Shown here: positions 30,918-40,592 of the stretch, one piece after another
Layout: each line of letters begins with the position of its first letter
How positions within the stretch are numbered: position 1 is the stretch's first letter
Virus record (IMG/VR): IMGVR_UViG_3300028569_000010
Length of the DNA: 64,000 nucleotides
Direction: 5' to 3' (one strand)
From: an uncultured virus (IMG/VR IMGVR_UViG_3300028569_000010)
Lineage: Duplodnaviria > Heunggongvirae > Uroviricota > Caudoviricetes
Translations under genes and position numbers: made by a program
Notes under the pieces: generated by a model
Databases searched by the model: none
What the model was told of the DNA's origin: nothing
What the model saw: only the letters and a program-made list of their open reading frames with translations

Positions 30918-31956
30918 CTAACATAAGTTTTACTAAACCCTCTAGGTCATATTTGTGAGTCCATTTTAAAATGTTTTTCGCTTTATTACAATTTCCTCTT
31001 AAAAATGGAACTTCTGACGGTCTTACTAATTCTGGATCTATATAGATAGCATCTCGCCAATTTATAATACTGTTGATACCTACATATTTGAAAGATAGTT
31101 CTAAAAATTCCCATATAGTATGAGAATTGCCTGTACATATCACATAGTCATCTGGATTTTCTTGCTGTAGCATAAGCCACATGGCTTCAACGTAATCACC
31201 AGCATATCCCCAATCTCTATACGTATCTATATTACCAAGTCTTAGTTTAGGAAATATATCTTCTCCAACTATAATATTTTGATTACTAAAAGAAACCCTA
31301 TTTGATGAGCGATCATTAGAATTGAGCCATCTTACAAAATTTGCAACCCATTTGACTATTTTTTGAGTAACAAAGTTATCGCCCCTACGTGGGCCTTCGT
31401 GATTAAAAAGTATTCCGCAACTACCATGTATATTGTAAGCGTCACGATAAAGTCTAACAAGATAATGGGCAGCACATTTAGATATAGCATATGGAGAATT
31501 AGGCATAAATTTTGTGTCTTCATTTTGGTATTTATTACCATCCTTATCTATATCATAAGAACTACCAAACATTTCGCTAGATGAAGCTTGGTAAAACTTG
31601 CAATTATTGCCCGTATCTACAATAGATTGAAGTATATTTAAGCAGCCTTTGCCAGTTATATCCCATGTTAATGCTGGTTGACTAAACGAGGTTGCAACAT
31701 GCGATTGTGCTGCTAGATTATAGACCTCATCTACATCTTCGTTATTCTTAAATATATTTACCACACTACTTACATCTGTTATGTCTCCTTCAATCAATTT
31801 GAAACTATTATGGTCAGACAGATGTTTTATTCTTTGGGTATTATCAACACTACAGCGTCGAGTCACCCCAATAACGTTGTAATCTTTCTCTAATAATAGG
31901 TCTGCTAAGTGACTTCCGTCCTGTCCTGTAATTCCAAATATAATTGCTTGTTTCAT
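30904..31956 (-). CDS. gmd: GDP-mannose 4,6-dehydratase
   Basis: GITGQDGS, YNLAAQSHV, FYQASSSEMFG, SPYAISK, GILFNHEGPRRG, RDWGYAGDYVEAMWLMLQQ. Confidence 0.95.
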   Translation of the reverse strand: MKQAIIFGITGQDGSHLADLLLEKDYNVIGVTRRCSVDNTQRIKHLSDHNSFKLIEGDITDVSSVVNIFKNNEDVDEVYNLAAQSHVATSFSQPALTWDITGKGCLNILQSIVDTGNNCKFYQASSSEMFGSSYDIDKDGNKYQNEDTKFMPNSPYAISKCAAHYLVRLYRDAYNIHGSCGILFNHEGPRRGDNFVTQKIVKWVANFVRWLNSNDRSSNRVSFSNQNIIVGEDIFPKLRLGNIDTYRDWGYAGDYVEAMWLMLQQENPDDYVICTGNSHTIWEFLELSFKYVGINSIINWRDAIYIDPELVRPSEVPFLRGNCNKAKNILKWTHKYDLEGLVKLMLDAKL

Positions 31957-32576
31957 TTGTTTTTCCTTAATATTGATACCCACAGCCCATTCCACCAATT
32001 TTCCAAATCTTCATTATAATTTGCTGGCAAATCCCATTCTTTAATGATGGAGAGTTTATTTGCTTCTATTGCTCTACGTGTTCCATTTCTAACCTCTATA
32101 CCATTCCAATCATCACAGAGATAGATAAATTCATCATCCATATTATCATAATAATATTCTATAGCTTTAAATTGACTCTCTTCCTTATGACAACCATCAT
32201 AGAAATATATATTGAATTTTTTTGACTGTAACTTATCTTGAGTCATAAAAGAGTCAGAGTTAATAAATTCAAATGGTACTCCTACGTCTTTTAAATTTTC
32301 TTGAAATATGTTTTCACTTCCTTCAAATTGTGAAAAATTATCTATAGCTACAGCATATTTAGGAGAATTACCAAGCAAAGCTGAGTAAAAGGTTGCCCCA
32401 CCCCAAACGCCAATCTCCAAGTACCTAGAATCAGGCATTTCAAGGAGCTTATTGAGAAAGTTTCGCACCTTAAAACTAGACATACCGCTCATTTGTAAAG
32501 CGTGTTGATTCAATTTAGTATTTTGGTCTACTGTAGATAATGAGTGCTGAATGTGATCTATCAAGATATACTTCAT
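31953..32576 (-). CDS. Class I SAM-dependent methyltransferase (Methyltransf_24-like)
   Basis: YLEIGVWGGAT motif I; FYDGCH; DDWN. Confidence 0.8.
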   Translation of the reverse strand: MKYILIDHIQHSLSTVDQNTKLNQHALQMSGMSSFKVRNFLNKLLEMPDSRYLEIGVWGGATFYSALLGNSPKYAVAIDNFSQFEGSENIFQENLKDVGVPFEFINSDSFMTQDKLQSKKFNIYFYDGCHKEESQFKAIEYYYDNMDDEFIYLCDDWNGIEVRNGTRRAIEANKLSIIKEWDLPANYNEDLENWWNGLWVSILRKNK

Positions 32577-32578
32577 AA

Positions 32579-33373
32579 TTAATCCTTAATAGTATCCGGC
32601 GTAAGAAATGGTTGATCTATTGTATTATCTGCGTAGGTATGATATGAGGATAAACGCTCCTTCTCTTTTTCCATAGCAAGGCGCATTTTCTCCATCTCAA
32701 TTCCATATTGTTTCATTTTATCTGGATTGTCAACTAGCATTGCAACCCAACTAGTAAAACTTTGTTTAGAATCCTCAAGCCTCTTAATTCTCTGTTCGCG
32801 CGTACCCTTCATTTCACGAAGTATAGCGGCCTTCTTTGTTTGTAGTTCGCGGTAGTCTTTATTTAAAGCCTCCTGTGAAGCGCGCAGAGAGGCAACCTGT
32901 CTTTCTAAGTTTAGTATATAGTCCATATCCTGCTGATCTCTGTCGCGTTCGCGTTCGGCCTTTATCATCTTATCGTATATATTAATTTGTACTATATTAT
33001 CTTTATTGCTTCTTAAACACCTATTCATTAATATCTCTAATTTAATAACGTCTATTACTTGCAACTCTTCTGTCGGAAAAACGTCATCATTAAACTGAGA
33101 TATAATACGCCCCCAATGGTATTTAAATAATTCTAATTCTTCATCAGTAAACTGTGAAGCAAGTTCGCTCCAGTATGGCCTATCTTCTAATGAATATGTG
33201 GCCTCTTCTTCTGGTGATAAATTATGTCTAAACTTACGTTTTATAAACTGATCAATAGACTCAACATCGCGGTTAAGTTCTTTAGCTATATCTTCTGGCG
33301 TCATTGTATTAATTAGACGCGAAATAATACGCTCTTCTTCCTTGGAAATACGCCCCTTACGCATTGTCAACAT
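32579..33373 (-). CDS. HTH and coiled-coil protein (possible terminase small subunit)
   Basis: N-terminal TPEDIAKELNR helix-turn-helix-like segment and long coiled coil; upstream of packaging genes. Confidence 0.4.
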   Translation of the reverse strand: MLTMRKGRISKEEERIISRLINTMTPEDIAKELNRDVESIDQFIKRKFRHNLSPEEEATYSLEDRPYWSELASQFTDEELELFKYHWGRIISQFNDDVFPTEELQVIDVIKLEILMNRCLRSNKDNIVQINIYDKMIKAERERDRDQQDMDYILNLERQVASLRASQEALNKDYRELQTKKAAILREMKGTREQRIKRLEDSKQSFTSWVAMLVDNPDKMKQYGIEMEKMRLAMEKEKERLSSYHTYADNTIDQPFLTPDTIKD

Positions 33374-33857
33374 CTCCCACTATTTCTTTTATTATCGCAA
33401 TGATTTTTTCTTTTTTGGCTTTTGTCATAGGAACATTATTGATAAACTTAAGATAATCTGAACGCAAGCGTGAGGGGAGATGTTCTGTAATTAATGCGTC
33501 GATATCTTTAAAATCAACGTCGTGAGTAGTTTCATTTTTTTCTACATTTTCTTCATAAGATAAAGACATTGGTAAACAAACTTTTCTTTTTTCACCATTG
33601 TTACTAAATGAGTAATTGTCGCGTATGAAATTTTTTAATCTATTTGACAAGTGGACTGAAAGGAAGTTTTCAAGGGGGCGCGTTTCGTCGTAGCGTTCTA
33701 AAGCGTCTACGCAGATTATAAAAGATTCTTGTTTTATATCATTAACGTCGTAACCATAAAATGTATACTTGGGCGATATCCTATCTATGACTTTATTAAT
33801 TTGGTCAATGACTTCTTGTTCGGTCATATTAGATGGGACTTTCATAGTTTTCGCCAT
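33357..33857 (-). CDS. Phage sigma-70-family sigma factor (candidate late sigma)
   Basis: Region-2-like DIKQESFIICVDALERYD...LENFLSVHLSNRLKNFIRD. Confidence 0.7.
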   Translation of the reverse strand: MAKTMKVPSNMTEQEVIDQINKVIDRISPKYTFYGYDVNDIKQESFIICVDALERYDETRPLENFLSVHLSNRLKNFIRDNYSFSNNGEKRKVCLPMSLSYEENVEKNETTHDVDFKDIDALITEHLPSRLRSDYLKFINNVPMTKAKKEKIIAIIKEIVGDVDNA

Positions 33858-34483
33858 CCTTTACCACTATAGTATTTTAAACAGTCAGAAGAGTTATCGT
33901 ATATAATAAGCCCCTTGGCCTTTGGAGCTTCATCGCAACTATCATAAACTGGCGTTTGGTTTAGTTCACTAATTGGTAAAGATATAATATTACCATTACG
34001 TCTAACTAGTGTGCAGTTTTCATCTAAAGAAACAGATTCAAGCAAACCATCAGCATTAGAATAAATAACTGTGTAAGGGAAAGATAACAGTTCGTTAATG
34101 CTACAAGGTGGTTCTATAGATCCACATATAACTTGATCATCTACACACATCATATTGACGGGCGATGTAGTTATATTAGTCTGGTGGACTTTACCATCAT
34201 AGTAAATAGATATGGGGCGTGATCTAGATAGGAAATGTTTAGAGTCGCGTTTAATAATCTGGCCAATACCGCGTTCTGCTATCTTAACCTCGTTTGGTAA
34301 AACTACTTTTAATACTGAATAAATATATTGTTTGTTTAGTTCTGCAACATCAAGAGTGTGGGCTACATTCTCATCTAATTGAGATGAGGTAATTTCCAGT
34401 AAATTATTAGATCCAAGAACATAATCTAATTTGCAATTATTGAGGGGGATTTCTTGGTACATCGTCTGAGTCCTTTTCATCAA
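33842..34483 (-). CDS. Hypothetical protein
   Basis: ORF coupled to the sigma gene; C-terminal GLIIYDNSSDCLKYYSGKGW resembles fibre-type motifs. Confidence 0.55.
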   Translation of the reverse strand: MMKRTQTMYQEIPLNNCKLDYVLGSNNLLEITSSQLDENVAHTLDVAELNKQYIYSVLKVVLPNEVKIAERGIGQIIKRDSKHFLSRSRPISIYYDGKVHQTNITTSPVNMMCVDDQVICGSIEPPCSINELLSFPYTVIYSNADGLLESVSLDENCTLVRRNGNIISLPISELNQTPVYDSCDEAPKAKGLIIYDNSSDCLKYYSGKGWRKL

Positions 34484-34610
34484 TATCCTTGTTTTCTAGA
34501 AGTGTATCTAGGGAGCGATCATCTTGGGCTAAATCTTCAATGATAGAGCTATTTAAGTTAGCACTGGCGCGACAATGCAATTGTGATTCAACTAGTTTTG
34601 GTTCATTCAT
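34437..34610 (-). CDS. Small hypothetical protein, first gene of the leftward arm
   Basis: AGGAG RBS before MNEPK; GTGTATAAT upstream. Confidence 0.5.
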   Translation of the reverse strand: MNEPKLVESQLHCRASANLNSSIIEDLAQDDRSLDTLLENKDIDEKDSDDVPRNPPQ

Positions 34611-34628
34611 ATTGTTTCTCCTTACGGT

Positions 34629-34637
34629 ATTATACAC
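34629..34637 (-). promoter_or_regulatory. Candidate late promoter GTGTATAAT
   Basis: At the head of the leftward arm. Confidence 0.5.
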
Positions 34638-34773
34638 TACTTTGGTGCGATTTGTAGCAAAAAGGTTTTACTGGGGAGGATTGGGTAGTACATTACGTTA
34701 ATAATTTTGAATCGTGAATGAACCACCCCCGAAAAACACGGCACCCCACTGAGAAGATACCTAGAAGATAAAA

Positions 34774-34802
34774 CCCCCCCCAGCGTCAGTGTCAGTGTCA
34801 GT
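34774..34802. repeat. C8 tract and (GTCAGT)x3 at the strand-divergence point
   Basis: cccccccc-agc-gtcagt-gtcagt-gtcagt. Confidence 0.8.
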
Positions 34803-34805
34803 ACC

Positions 34806-34883
34806 TAAGTCGTTAGTATATAAGGAGTTAGGTTCGATAGTCAGCGGCGAGTTTGATGTAAGTCTTTATATATCAACAACTTA
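34806..34883. repeat. Bipartite palindromic element E1 (25-28-25)
   Basis: Boxes taagtcgttagtatataaggagtta and taagtctttatatatcaacaactta. Confidence 0.9.
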
Positions 34884-34913
34884 CGACAAAAACAATTATT
34901 TTGGATTTTTGTC

Positions 34914-34941
34914 TTGACAACTCAAGTTTGCTCTGTATAAT
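34914..34941 (+). promoter_or_regulatory. Sigma70-type early promoter
   Basis: TTGACA-16-TATAAT followed by GTCGATA. Confidence 0.85.
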
Positions 34942-34982
34942 GTCGATATAAGAAGTAAGAGAGAAAGAAAGAGAAAAGAGAA

Positions 34983-35201
34983 ATGGAAAAAGTCACTCAT
35001 ATCAACAGTTTTATTGGTTCGCTTCCCCGCATTGTCCAGAAGAAAATCTGGAAAGTGACCGATACCGATGGTACGGTTGTTCAGTATGTTTCCGCTTCCG
35101 ATAATCGCAAGTATACTGCACAAGCGTACATTGATGAAAAGTATGTCGGTCAAAAACTTGTCCTGACGTTCTCACACTTCAAGGGATTGATGACCCTCTA
35201 A
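34983..35201 (+). CDS. Small hypothetical early protein
   Basis: First ORF after the E1 promoter, purine-rich leader. Confidence 0.65.
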   Translation: MEKVTHINSFIGSLPRIVQKKIWKVTDTDGTVVQYVSASDNRKYTAQAYIDEKYVGQKLVLTFSHFKGLMTL

Positions 35202-35424
35202 TAGAGGGGGTTGATAACGAGAAAAGATTTGATAGAGTATTAGAAAGAGAAAGAGAGAAAAATGAAAACGTTTTACTTCTTCAGTTATGGTGAACACAAG
35301 TTTATCGGCCAAGCAGAATCTACCGATTGGATGACAGCCCAAAAAATTGTTGCAAATGCGACAGGGTTCCCTATCGATGATCTGCTACCCTATAGTTCAA
35401 AAAATATTTGGGAATTCTAAGGGA

Positions 35425-35454
35425 TTGACAAGTTGATAGCCGATACTGTATAAT
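35425..35454 (+). promoter_or_regulatory. Sigma70-type promoter
   Basis: TTGACA-18-TATAAT with GCCGATA in the spacer. Confidence 0.75.
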
Positions 35455-35481
35455 AGAGAAACAAAAGAAAAGGAAAATAAT

Positions 35482-35670
35482 ATGAACAGCCTTGATAAGA
35501 TTCTGGCCGCTATGCGTACTGGTAAGTATGGTAGCGTATTCGACACCGCCGGTAATGTTCACGTTGGTATTATAAATGGCCTCATGCGTGAGGATGGTAG
35601 TGGTAAAAACTGGATTGTTACGATTACTAATAAGACGGTAAGTGAAAACGTGTTTATTCACGCACAATAA
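35482..35670 (+). CDS. Small hypothetical early protein
   Basis: AGGA RBS, follows the promoter. Confidence 0.65.
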   Translation: MNSLDKILAAMRTGKYGSVFDTAGNVHVGIINGLMREDGSGKNWIVTITNKTVSENVFIHAQ

Positions 35671-36020
35671 AACAAGGAGTCAAGGATGATACAGATAGAT
35701 TGGGTACAAATAGGTGTGGGATTTATTGCTGGTATTATTAGTAGTTATCTTGTTTGTGACATTGTTTTTCCCGTAGGAGATAAGGATGAATAAGGTTTTT
35801 ACTGTTGCTTTTCTTCTAGGTTGTATTGTTACATACTTCATTTCTTAATAAGGTGGATAATGTATAACTTTGATGACGTAAACGATATCCTTGCAGAAAT
35901 GCGTGATGAGCGTATGATTGAACCTATTGACGATCCTAACATTCAAACCAACTTTTACGATTGGGCAGAAGTTGTGGGTATTATGTGGGATATTGAACCT
36001 GAATCTACATTCATTTGACG

Positions 36021-36098
36021 TAAAGCCTTGCTACTAAAGGACTTAGAGCGAGGCGGGCGAGGCGGATTCGTCGTAAGTCTTTATCCCACAATGGTTTA
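36021..36098. repeat. Element E2
   Basis: taaagccttgctactaaaggactta-28-taagtctttatcccacaatggttta; TTGACA at 36130. Confidence 0.9.
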
Positions 36099-36180
36099 CG
36101 ACAAAAGTATTTTTTCTTGATTTTTCCGCTTGACATTGCCGATACATAGTGTAGAATAAGCGTACCAAAGGGAGATAATC

Positions 36181-36885
36181 ATGAAAGTTGCAAACGGTAA
36201 TGATAAGTTGGGTAAGGGATGTCTTGTTGTTTCGCGTCCCGTGGGAGATACTTGTCCCTCATCTTGTGCATTTTTGGGTAACGGCTGTTATGCTGAACAG
36301 ACTGAGAAAATGTACCCTAATGTTCGCCCCGCTGGTATGCAAAATGTTATTACTGAAAAGCACCGTATTCGTGCTATGATTCTGGACGCTATTCGGCAGG
36401 GTAAGTCTATCCGCTGGCATGAGCGTGGCGATTGGTTTCTCAATGGTGAGTTAGATTTAGAATATCTCGCCAATGTAACGTGGGCGTGTGAGAGTCTTAT
36501 TGCAGATGGTACAACGCTGCCCGATATGTGGTTTTATACTCATATCTATGATGATCGTCTGGTAAGTCTTAGTAAGTATATGAAAGTATATGCTAGTGTG
36601 CATAATAATGAGGATATGGGTGCGGCTCTTGCGATGGGATTCAAACTCTTCGCATGGTGTGATAGCGACCAGAAAATCGCCCCGAAGCGTCCGAAGCGTA
36701 AAGCCGCCGCTGATGCTTGGCGTAAGAGTCTCCCTAAACTTGTTGTATTGAATGGTACTAAGTTTGTAACTTGCCCCGAGATTCGTCGTGGTCGCGGTGT
36801 TGTAACTTGCACCCCCACTAAGGGTAGTGTATCATGCGACTTGTGCGTTCGTGGTTTGGCTAATGTTCTGTTTCCATCTCACTGA
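36181..36885 (+). CDS. GP88-like phage protein (Cys-rich, possibly Fe-S)
   Basis: GNDKLG...TCPSSC....GCYA, IRWHERGDW, YTH and C-terminal CP...C..C motifs. Confidence 0.65.
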   Translation: MKVANGNDKLGKGCLVVSRPVGDTCPSSCAFLGNGCYAEQTEKMYPNVRPAGMQNVITEKHRIRAMILDAIRQGKSIRWHERGDWFLNGELDLEYLANVTWACESLIADGTTLPDMWFYTHIYDDRLVSLSKYMKVYASVHNNEDMGAALAMGFKLFAWCDSDQKIAPKRPKRKAAADAWRKSLPKLVVLNGTKFVTCPEIRRGRGVVTCTPTKGSVSCDLCVRGLANVLFPSH

Positions 36886-37134
36886 GGATAATATGAAAAG
36901 TTTTACATACGAGTGTGTTACTCTGGAAGATGTATGCAAGCACAATAAACTAGACTATCAAGAAATCGTGCAGGCAGTTTGTGATAGTGATATATCTTTC
37001 GGTAGTAATGCTGACACACTAATGACACGCAGTATGGTGCAGGATATTGTAGATGATTGTTATGAGGATATTTCTGTACAGTTAGATTGGGCCGGTTTTG
37101 ATGATCGAATCCTAATCAGTCTTGGTTCTTGACA

Positions 37135-37212
37135 TAAACCCTTGCCACTAAAGGACTTAGGGCGAGGTCGCCCCGCCAAAATCGTCGTAAGTCTTTGTGT
37201 CACAATACTTTA
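37135..37212. repeat. Element E3
   Basis: taaacccttgccactaaaggactta-28-taagtctttgtgtcacaatacttta; TTGACA at 37244. Confidence 0.9.
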
Positions 37213-37294
37213 CGTCAAATCAAAAAAAATCTGAATTTTCTTCTTGACAACTGAAGTTTGGCCTGTATAATGCCGATATAGAAAGTAAGGAGAA

Positions 37295-37483
37295 ATGAAA
37301 ATGGAAACACTTTATCTGAGCGATTGCTGTGGTGAATATCTCGCGGATGAGCATGTGGAATATGAGGTTTGCCCGCGATGCAAGGAACATTGTGAAGTGT
37401 TGACTGAGGACTACACGACGGTTCCTATGGTTGACGAAGATGGCATCCTGTGGTATGTTCAACTAAATAGGAGAAAGAGATGA
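37295..37483 (+). CDS. Small zinc-finger-like protein
   Basis: SDCCG...CPRCKEHC; AGGAG RBS. Confidence 0.65.
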   Translation: MKMETLYLSDCCGEYLADEHVEYEVCPRCKEHCEVLTEDYTTVPMVDEDGILWYVQLNRRKR

Positions 37484-37701
37484 GTCACCCTGACCCCCTG
37501 TTTGATCCCGATAACTTTTACGAGGACGATATGAATTACGACGATTACAATGACTTTTATGAGGATACGAATGAGGAAACGACCGATGAATCTTGGGATG
37601 ATTCATATGATGATAGTATGGATGGGGATCATGAAAGTGGTTTATCTTCCGCAGGATGGGGAACTGACGAGGACTACGGCTATTACGGAGAAAATGAGTA
37701 A
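37480..37701 (+). CDS. Extremely acidic small protein
   Basis: 73 aa, D/E-rich, no K or R. Confidence 0.65.
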   Translation: MSHPDPLFDPDNFYEDDMNYDDYNDFYEDTNEETTDESWDDSYDDSMDGDHESGLSSAGWGTDEDYGYYGENE

Positions 37702-37907
37702 TGCTACATAGATTTTACGATATCAAATTTGAAAATGAGCAGTTTGCAGAGTTTGCGCATGATAAGGAATATGTGTTGGATGTGCCAGACTATGAAATGA
37801 ATACCCCTCTTGAGAGGCAGGAGTATGTTGGGAATATGCTCGACATTATCGTTGCTGCTAGTGGGCTGAACGTGTGTTCATTTAGCACTGACCACAATAT
37901 TAGTTGA
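37701..37907 (+). CDS. Small hypothetical protein
   Basis: Coupled ORF ending 2 bp before E4. Confidence 0.6.
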   Translation: MLHRFYDIKFENEQFAEFAHDKEYVLDVPDYEMNTPLERQEYVGNMLDIIVAASGLNVCSFSTDHNIS

Positions 37908-37909
37908 CC

Positions 37910-37987
37910 TAAAGCCTTGTCCCTAAAGAACTTAGGGCGAGGCGGGCGGGCCGAATTCGTCGTAAGTCCTTTGGTATCAACATCTTA
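37910..37987. repeat. Element E4 (with an extra single box at 38047-38071)
   Basis: taaagccttgtccctaaagaactta-28-taagtcctttggtatcaacatctta; third box starts 84 bp after box 2; TTGACT at 38104. Confidence 0.9.
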
Positions 37988-38156
37988 CAACCATTTTTCC
38001 AAGAAACCATGTGTCCATTGGTGTGATGAAAAATGTCTCCTAGACCTAAAGCCATATAAAATAAGGACTTAGGGAAAATCCAAAAATCTTTTAAAGATAG
38101 GATTTGACTTTGGTCGATAACTAAGATATAATTCAGCATAAGAAAGAGAGAATGAA

Positions 38157-38342
38157 ATGGTTATCGAAGTTTTCAAGAATGGTCGAACGATTGGTTTTGT
38201 GGTTGCGAAAGATAGGCTGTCTTCGGTCGATCTGATCGTTAAGACTTTCCCCCAAGTGGATCGCGTTGAGACAAATTCATCGCTCCCCAAGAGTGATCCG
38301 CGATGCAAGGAAATCGCAGAAAATGTTTACGCTTGGGCTTGA
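38157..38342 (+). CDS. Small hypothetical early protein
   Basis: First ORF after the promoter at 38104-38132. Confidence 0.6.
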   Translation: MVIEVFKNGRTIGFVVAKDRLSSVDLIVKTFPQVDRVETNSSLPKSDPRCKEIAENVYAWA

Positions 38343-38392
38343 CACCCTACCAAAACTTGCTAGAATCCAACCAACACAGAAAAGGAAAGAAT

Positions 38393-38710
38393 ATGAAACA
38401 GAAATTTGAGATTATCGAAAACGCTAAGAAACAGGCCCGCATGTGCTTCCTCGGAATCGCTATCCCGACCGAAGTGAAGAATATCGACGGAGAGATGATA
38501 CAGGTCGAAAAGGTTCTCAAGTTCAATCGCAAGGCACTTCGTAACATGGGTAAGGATCATCGCAAGCAAAGTGTCGATCCTCGCTATATTGGGGGAGAAG
38601 ACAAGATGATTGTGAAAGTTGGCAAGCCAGGAAGCAAAGAGCGTGTGGAGGCTTTGGCTCAGATGTACGCAAGTGCGGGAGATGCTGACTACTCCGCTTT
38701 CAAAGACTGA
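38393..38710 (+). CDS. Hypothetical protein
   Basis: MKQKFE start with AGGA RBS after the promoter at 38339-38366; stop is 3 bp before E5. Confidence 0.6.
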   Translation: MKQKFEIIENAKKQARMCFLGIAIPTEVKNIDGEMIQVEKVLKFNRKALRNMGKDHRKQSVDPRYIGGEDKMIVKVGKPGSKERVEALAQMYASAGDADYSAFKD

Positions 38711-38713
38711 ACA

Positions 38714-38791
38714 TAACCCGTTGCTGCATAAGGACTTGCGGCGAGGCGGGCGGGCCGAATTTGCCATAAGTCTAATGATACCAACACTTTA
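38714..38791. repeat. Element E5
   Basis: taacccgttgctgcataaggacttg-28-taagtctaatgataccaacacttta; TTGACT at 38822. Confidence 0.85.
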
Positions 38792-38886
38792 TGTCTAGAA
38801 AGATTTTTCTAAAGATTATGCTTGACTCTTGACGATCTATACTGTAGAATGTAGAAAAGTTGAAAGTCTCACTAAAAGGAAAAGTT

Positions 38887-39291
38887 ATGAATGATTTGGT
38901 TGTTATTTCTGGTGGTTGCTTTGTTCTTGCTTGTGTTGTTTTGTTTGTATTCTATTACATTTTGAATGGGGTTCATGGTTCACTCGCCAACTCTAATGTT
39001 GGAGAAATCTATAACTTTGAATATGAGCAACCCCTTACTGGAGAGTATAGGCGTTTTCTCGCTAAAGTTGTCTCTCCCGTTGTGATGATGACTGATAATG
39101 ATGTAAAGAGGTTGAACGCTAAAAGTAGGTATCGTAGGTATGATCCCAACTTCGTTCGTGGTAAGTGTTTGGTCACTTGTCAAATGGTTGACGGTACGAT
39201 CCGTAACTTCTACGCTGAACGTACTAGGAATGTCCGTAAGTTGCCTGTAAAAAATAAGTTGCTCTATAAAGTTGCATCATTCATGATTTGA
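38887..39291 (+). CDS. Membrane-anchored hypothetical protein
   Basis: N-terminal hydrophobic helix; C-terminal domain ends DGTIRNFYAER (SH3/WYL-like, weak). Confidence 0.6.
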   Translation: MNDLVVISGGCFVLACVVLFVFYYILNGVHGSLANSNVGEIYNFEYEQPLTGEYRRFLAKVVSPVVMMTDNDVKRLNAKSRYRRYDPNFVRGKCLVTCQMVDGTIRNFYAERTRNVRKLPVKNKLLYKVASFMI

Positions 39292-39305
39292 TTGCTGTTT
39301 CGTCC

Positions 39306-39383
39306 TAAGTTGTTGCAAACACAGCACTTAGGGCGAATTCGGCGGGCTGGGATCGACGTAAGTCCTTTCATATCAATAACTTA
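39306..39383. repeat. Element E6
   Basis: taagttgttgcaaacacagcactta-28-taagtcctttcatatcaataactta; TTGACA at 39404. Confidence 0.9.
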
Positions 39384-39673
39384 GGATAAAATTCAAGTTT
39401 GTCTTGACAGATGTCGATACATGGTGTAAGATGGTATGCACAAAGGAGTTATGTATATGTCAAAAGAGGAAGATTGGGTACAACCGGAAGAAGAGACAGA
39501 ATGGCAACTCTTGGTAGAGTGGGAGGAATGGGTAAGATCACACCCAACCCCACCGACGCGGGAGGATGGGCAGTCCTGCCCAAACTAGAAAGATCATTGA
39601 TTTTTCCGCATAGCCAGCACGTTTGCCTAAAGTTAGACTTGACAGATGGACGATAATAAGGTATACTGAGCAT

Positions 39674-40186
39674 ATGAATATATTCGTATTAGATAACGAT
39701 CCGCGAACGTCAGCAGAGTATATGTGTGATAAGCATATACCTAAGATGATCGTAGAGACATTCCAGATGATGGGTAGTGCTTTGAGGCGTCATGGTGCTA
39801 CAGATGAGCAGATGCCACTTACGCAGGCCGGAAAACCCCTAGTTGGTGGATATAAACATCACCCGTGTACCGTATGGGCGGGAGATAGTATATGTAACTT
39901 TGTCTGGTTAGGAATACATGGTATATCATTGTGTGACGAGTTTATGCTACGCTATCGTAAAGTCCATAGTTGTGATATGAAAATACGTCAAATGTGTGAA
40001 CTTATGGATATGCTGCCAAATATACCGCAAACACCATATGCACTGGCTATGCCAGATGAGTATAAGTCAGAAAATGCTATTGACTCTTACCGTCGATACT
40101 ATACAATGGAAAAGGCTCGTTTTGCCAAATGGGAGAAGGGCCGCGAGGCTCCATGCTGGTGGAATAAGGAGGAATGTTATGTATAA
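39674..40186 (+). CDS. Pyrimidine-dimer DNA glycosylase/endonuclease V-like protein
   Basis: MNIFVLD...A...CDKHIPKMIVE...HHPCTVWA...AMPDEYK...SYRRYY; ATG 6 nt after a -10 box (leaderless). Confidence 0.8.
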   Translation: MNIFVLDNDPRTSAEYMCDKHIPKMIVETFQMMGSALRRHGATDEQMPLTQAGKPLVGGYKHHPCTVWAGDSICNFVWLGIHGISLCDEFMLRYRKVHSCDMKIRQMCELMDMLPNIPQTPYALAMPDEYKSENAIDSYRRYYTMEKARFAKWEKGREAPCWWNKEECYV

Positions 40187-40427
40187 TATATTTGATAGTT
40201 ATGAACCATATGAACTTCGTGATATGTATAATGATGGCATGAATAGTTGGCCTGACGATTTTAGGCATTGGATGCACGACCAAATGGCTAATGATTTGTT
40301 AGACCAGTGGCTTGAAACTGTTACAGATGAAGAGTATATGGAACGTGCTAAAGATATTATTGAATCTGAAACGTATGGATATGAAGATGAGGATGGTAAC
40401 GAAATGCTAGATTTCAAGGTGGAATAA
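40178..40427 (+). CDS. Acidic hypothetical protein
   Basis: MYNIFDSYEPYE start (approximate) after AGGAGG RBS. Confidence 0.55.
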
Positions 40428-40592
40428 TGGTAGATTATACTGATGAAACATTCTCAACCGTAGAGCATATCGCTAATGGTAAGGGGCTGGCATTAGTCTG
40501 TAATTATCACTATGAGTTGACAAACGCTGACGGTGTGGTATACTGGTCTTATTATCTCAGGGACATCCTAAACTTTCTAAAGGAATATAAAA

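Noticed and set aside
474..31584. Plus-strand ORFs in the left arm (e.g. 474-806, 24145-24642, 26100-26495)
   Set aside because: Antisense shadows of long, motif-supported minus-strand genes.
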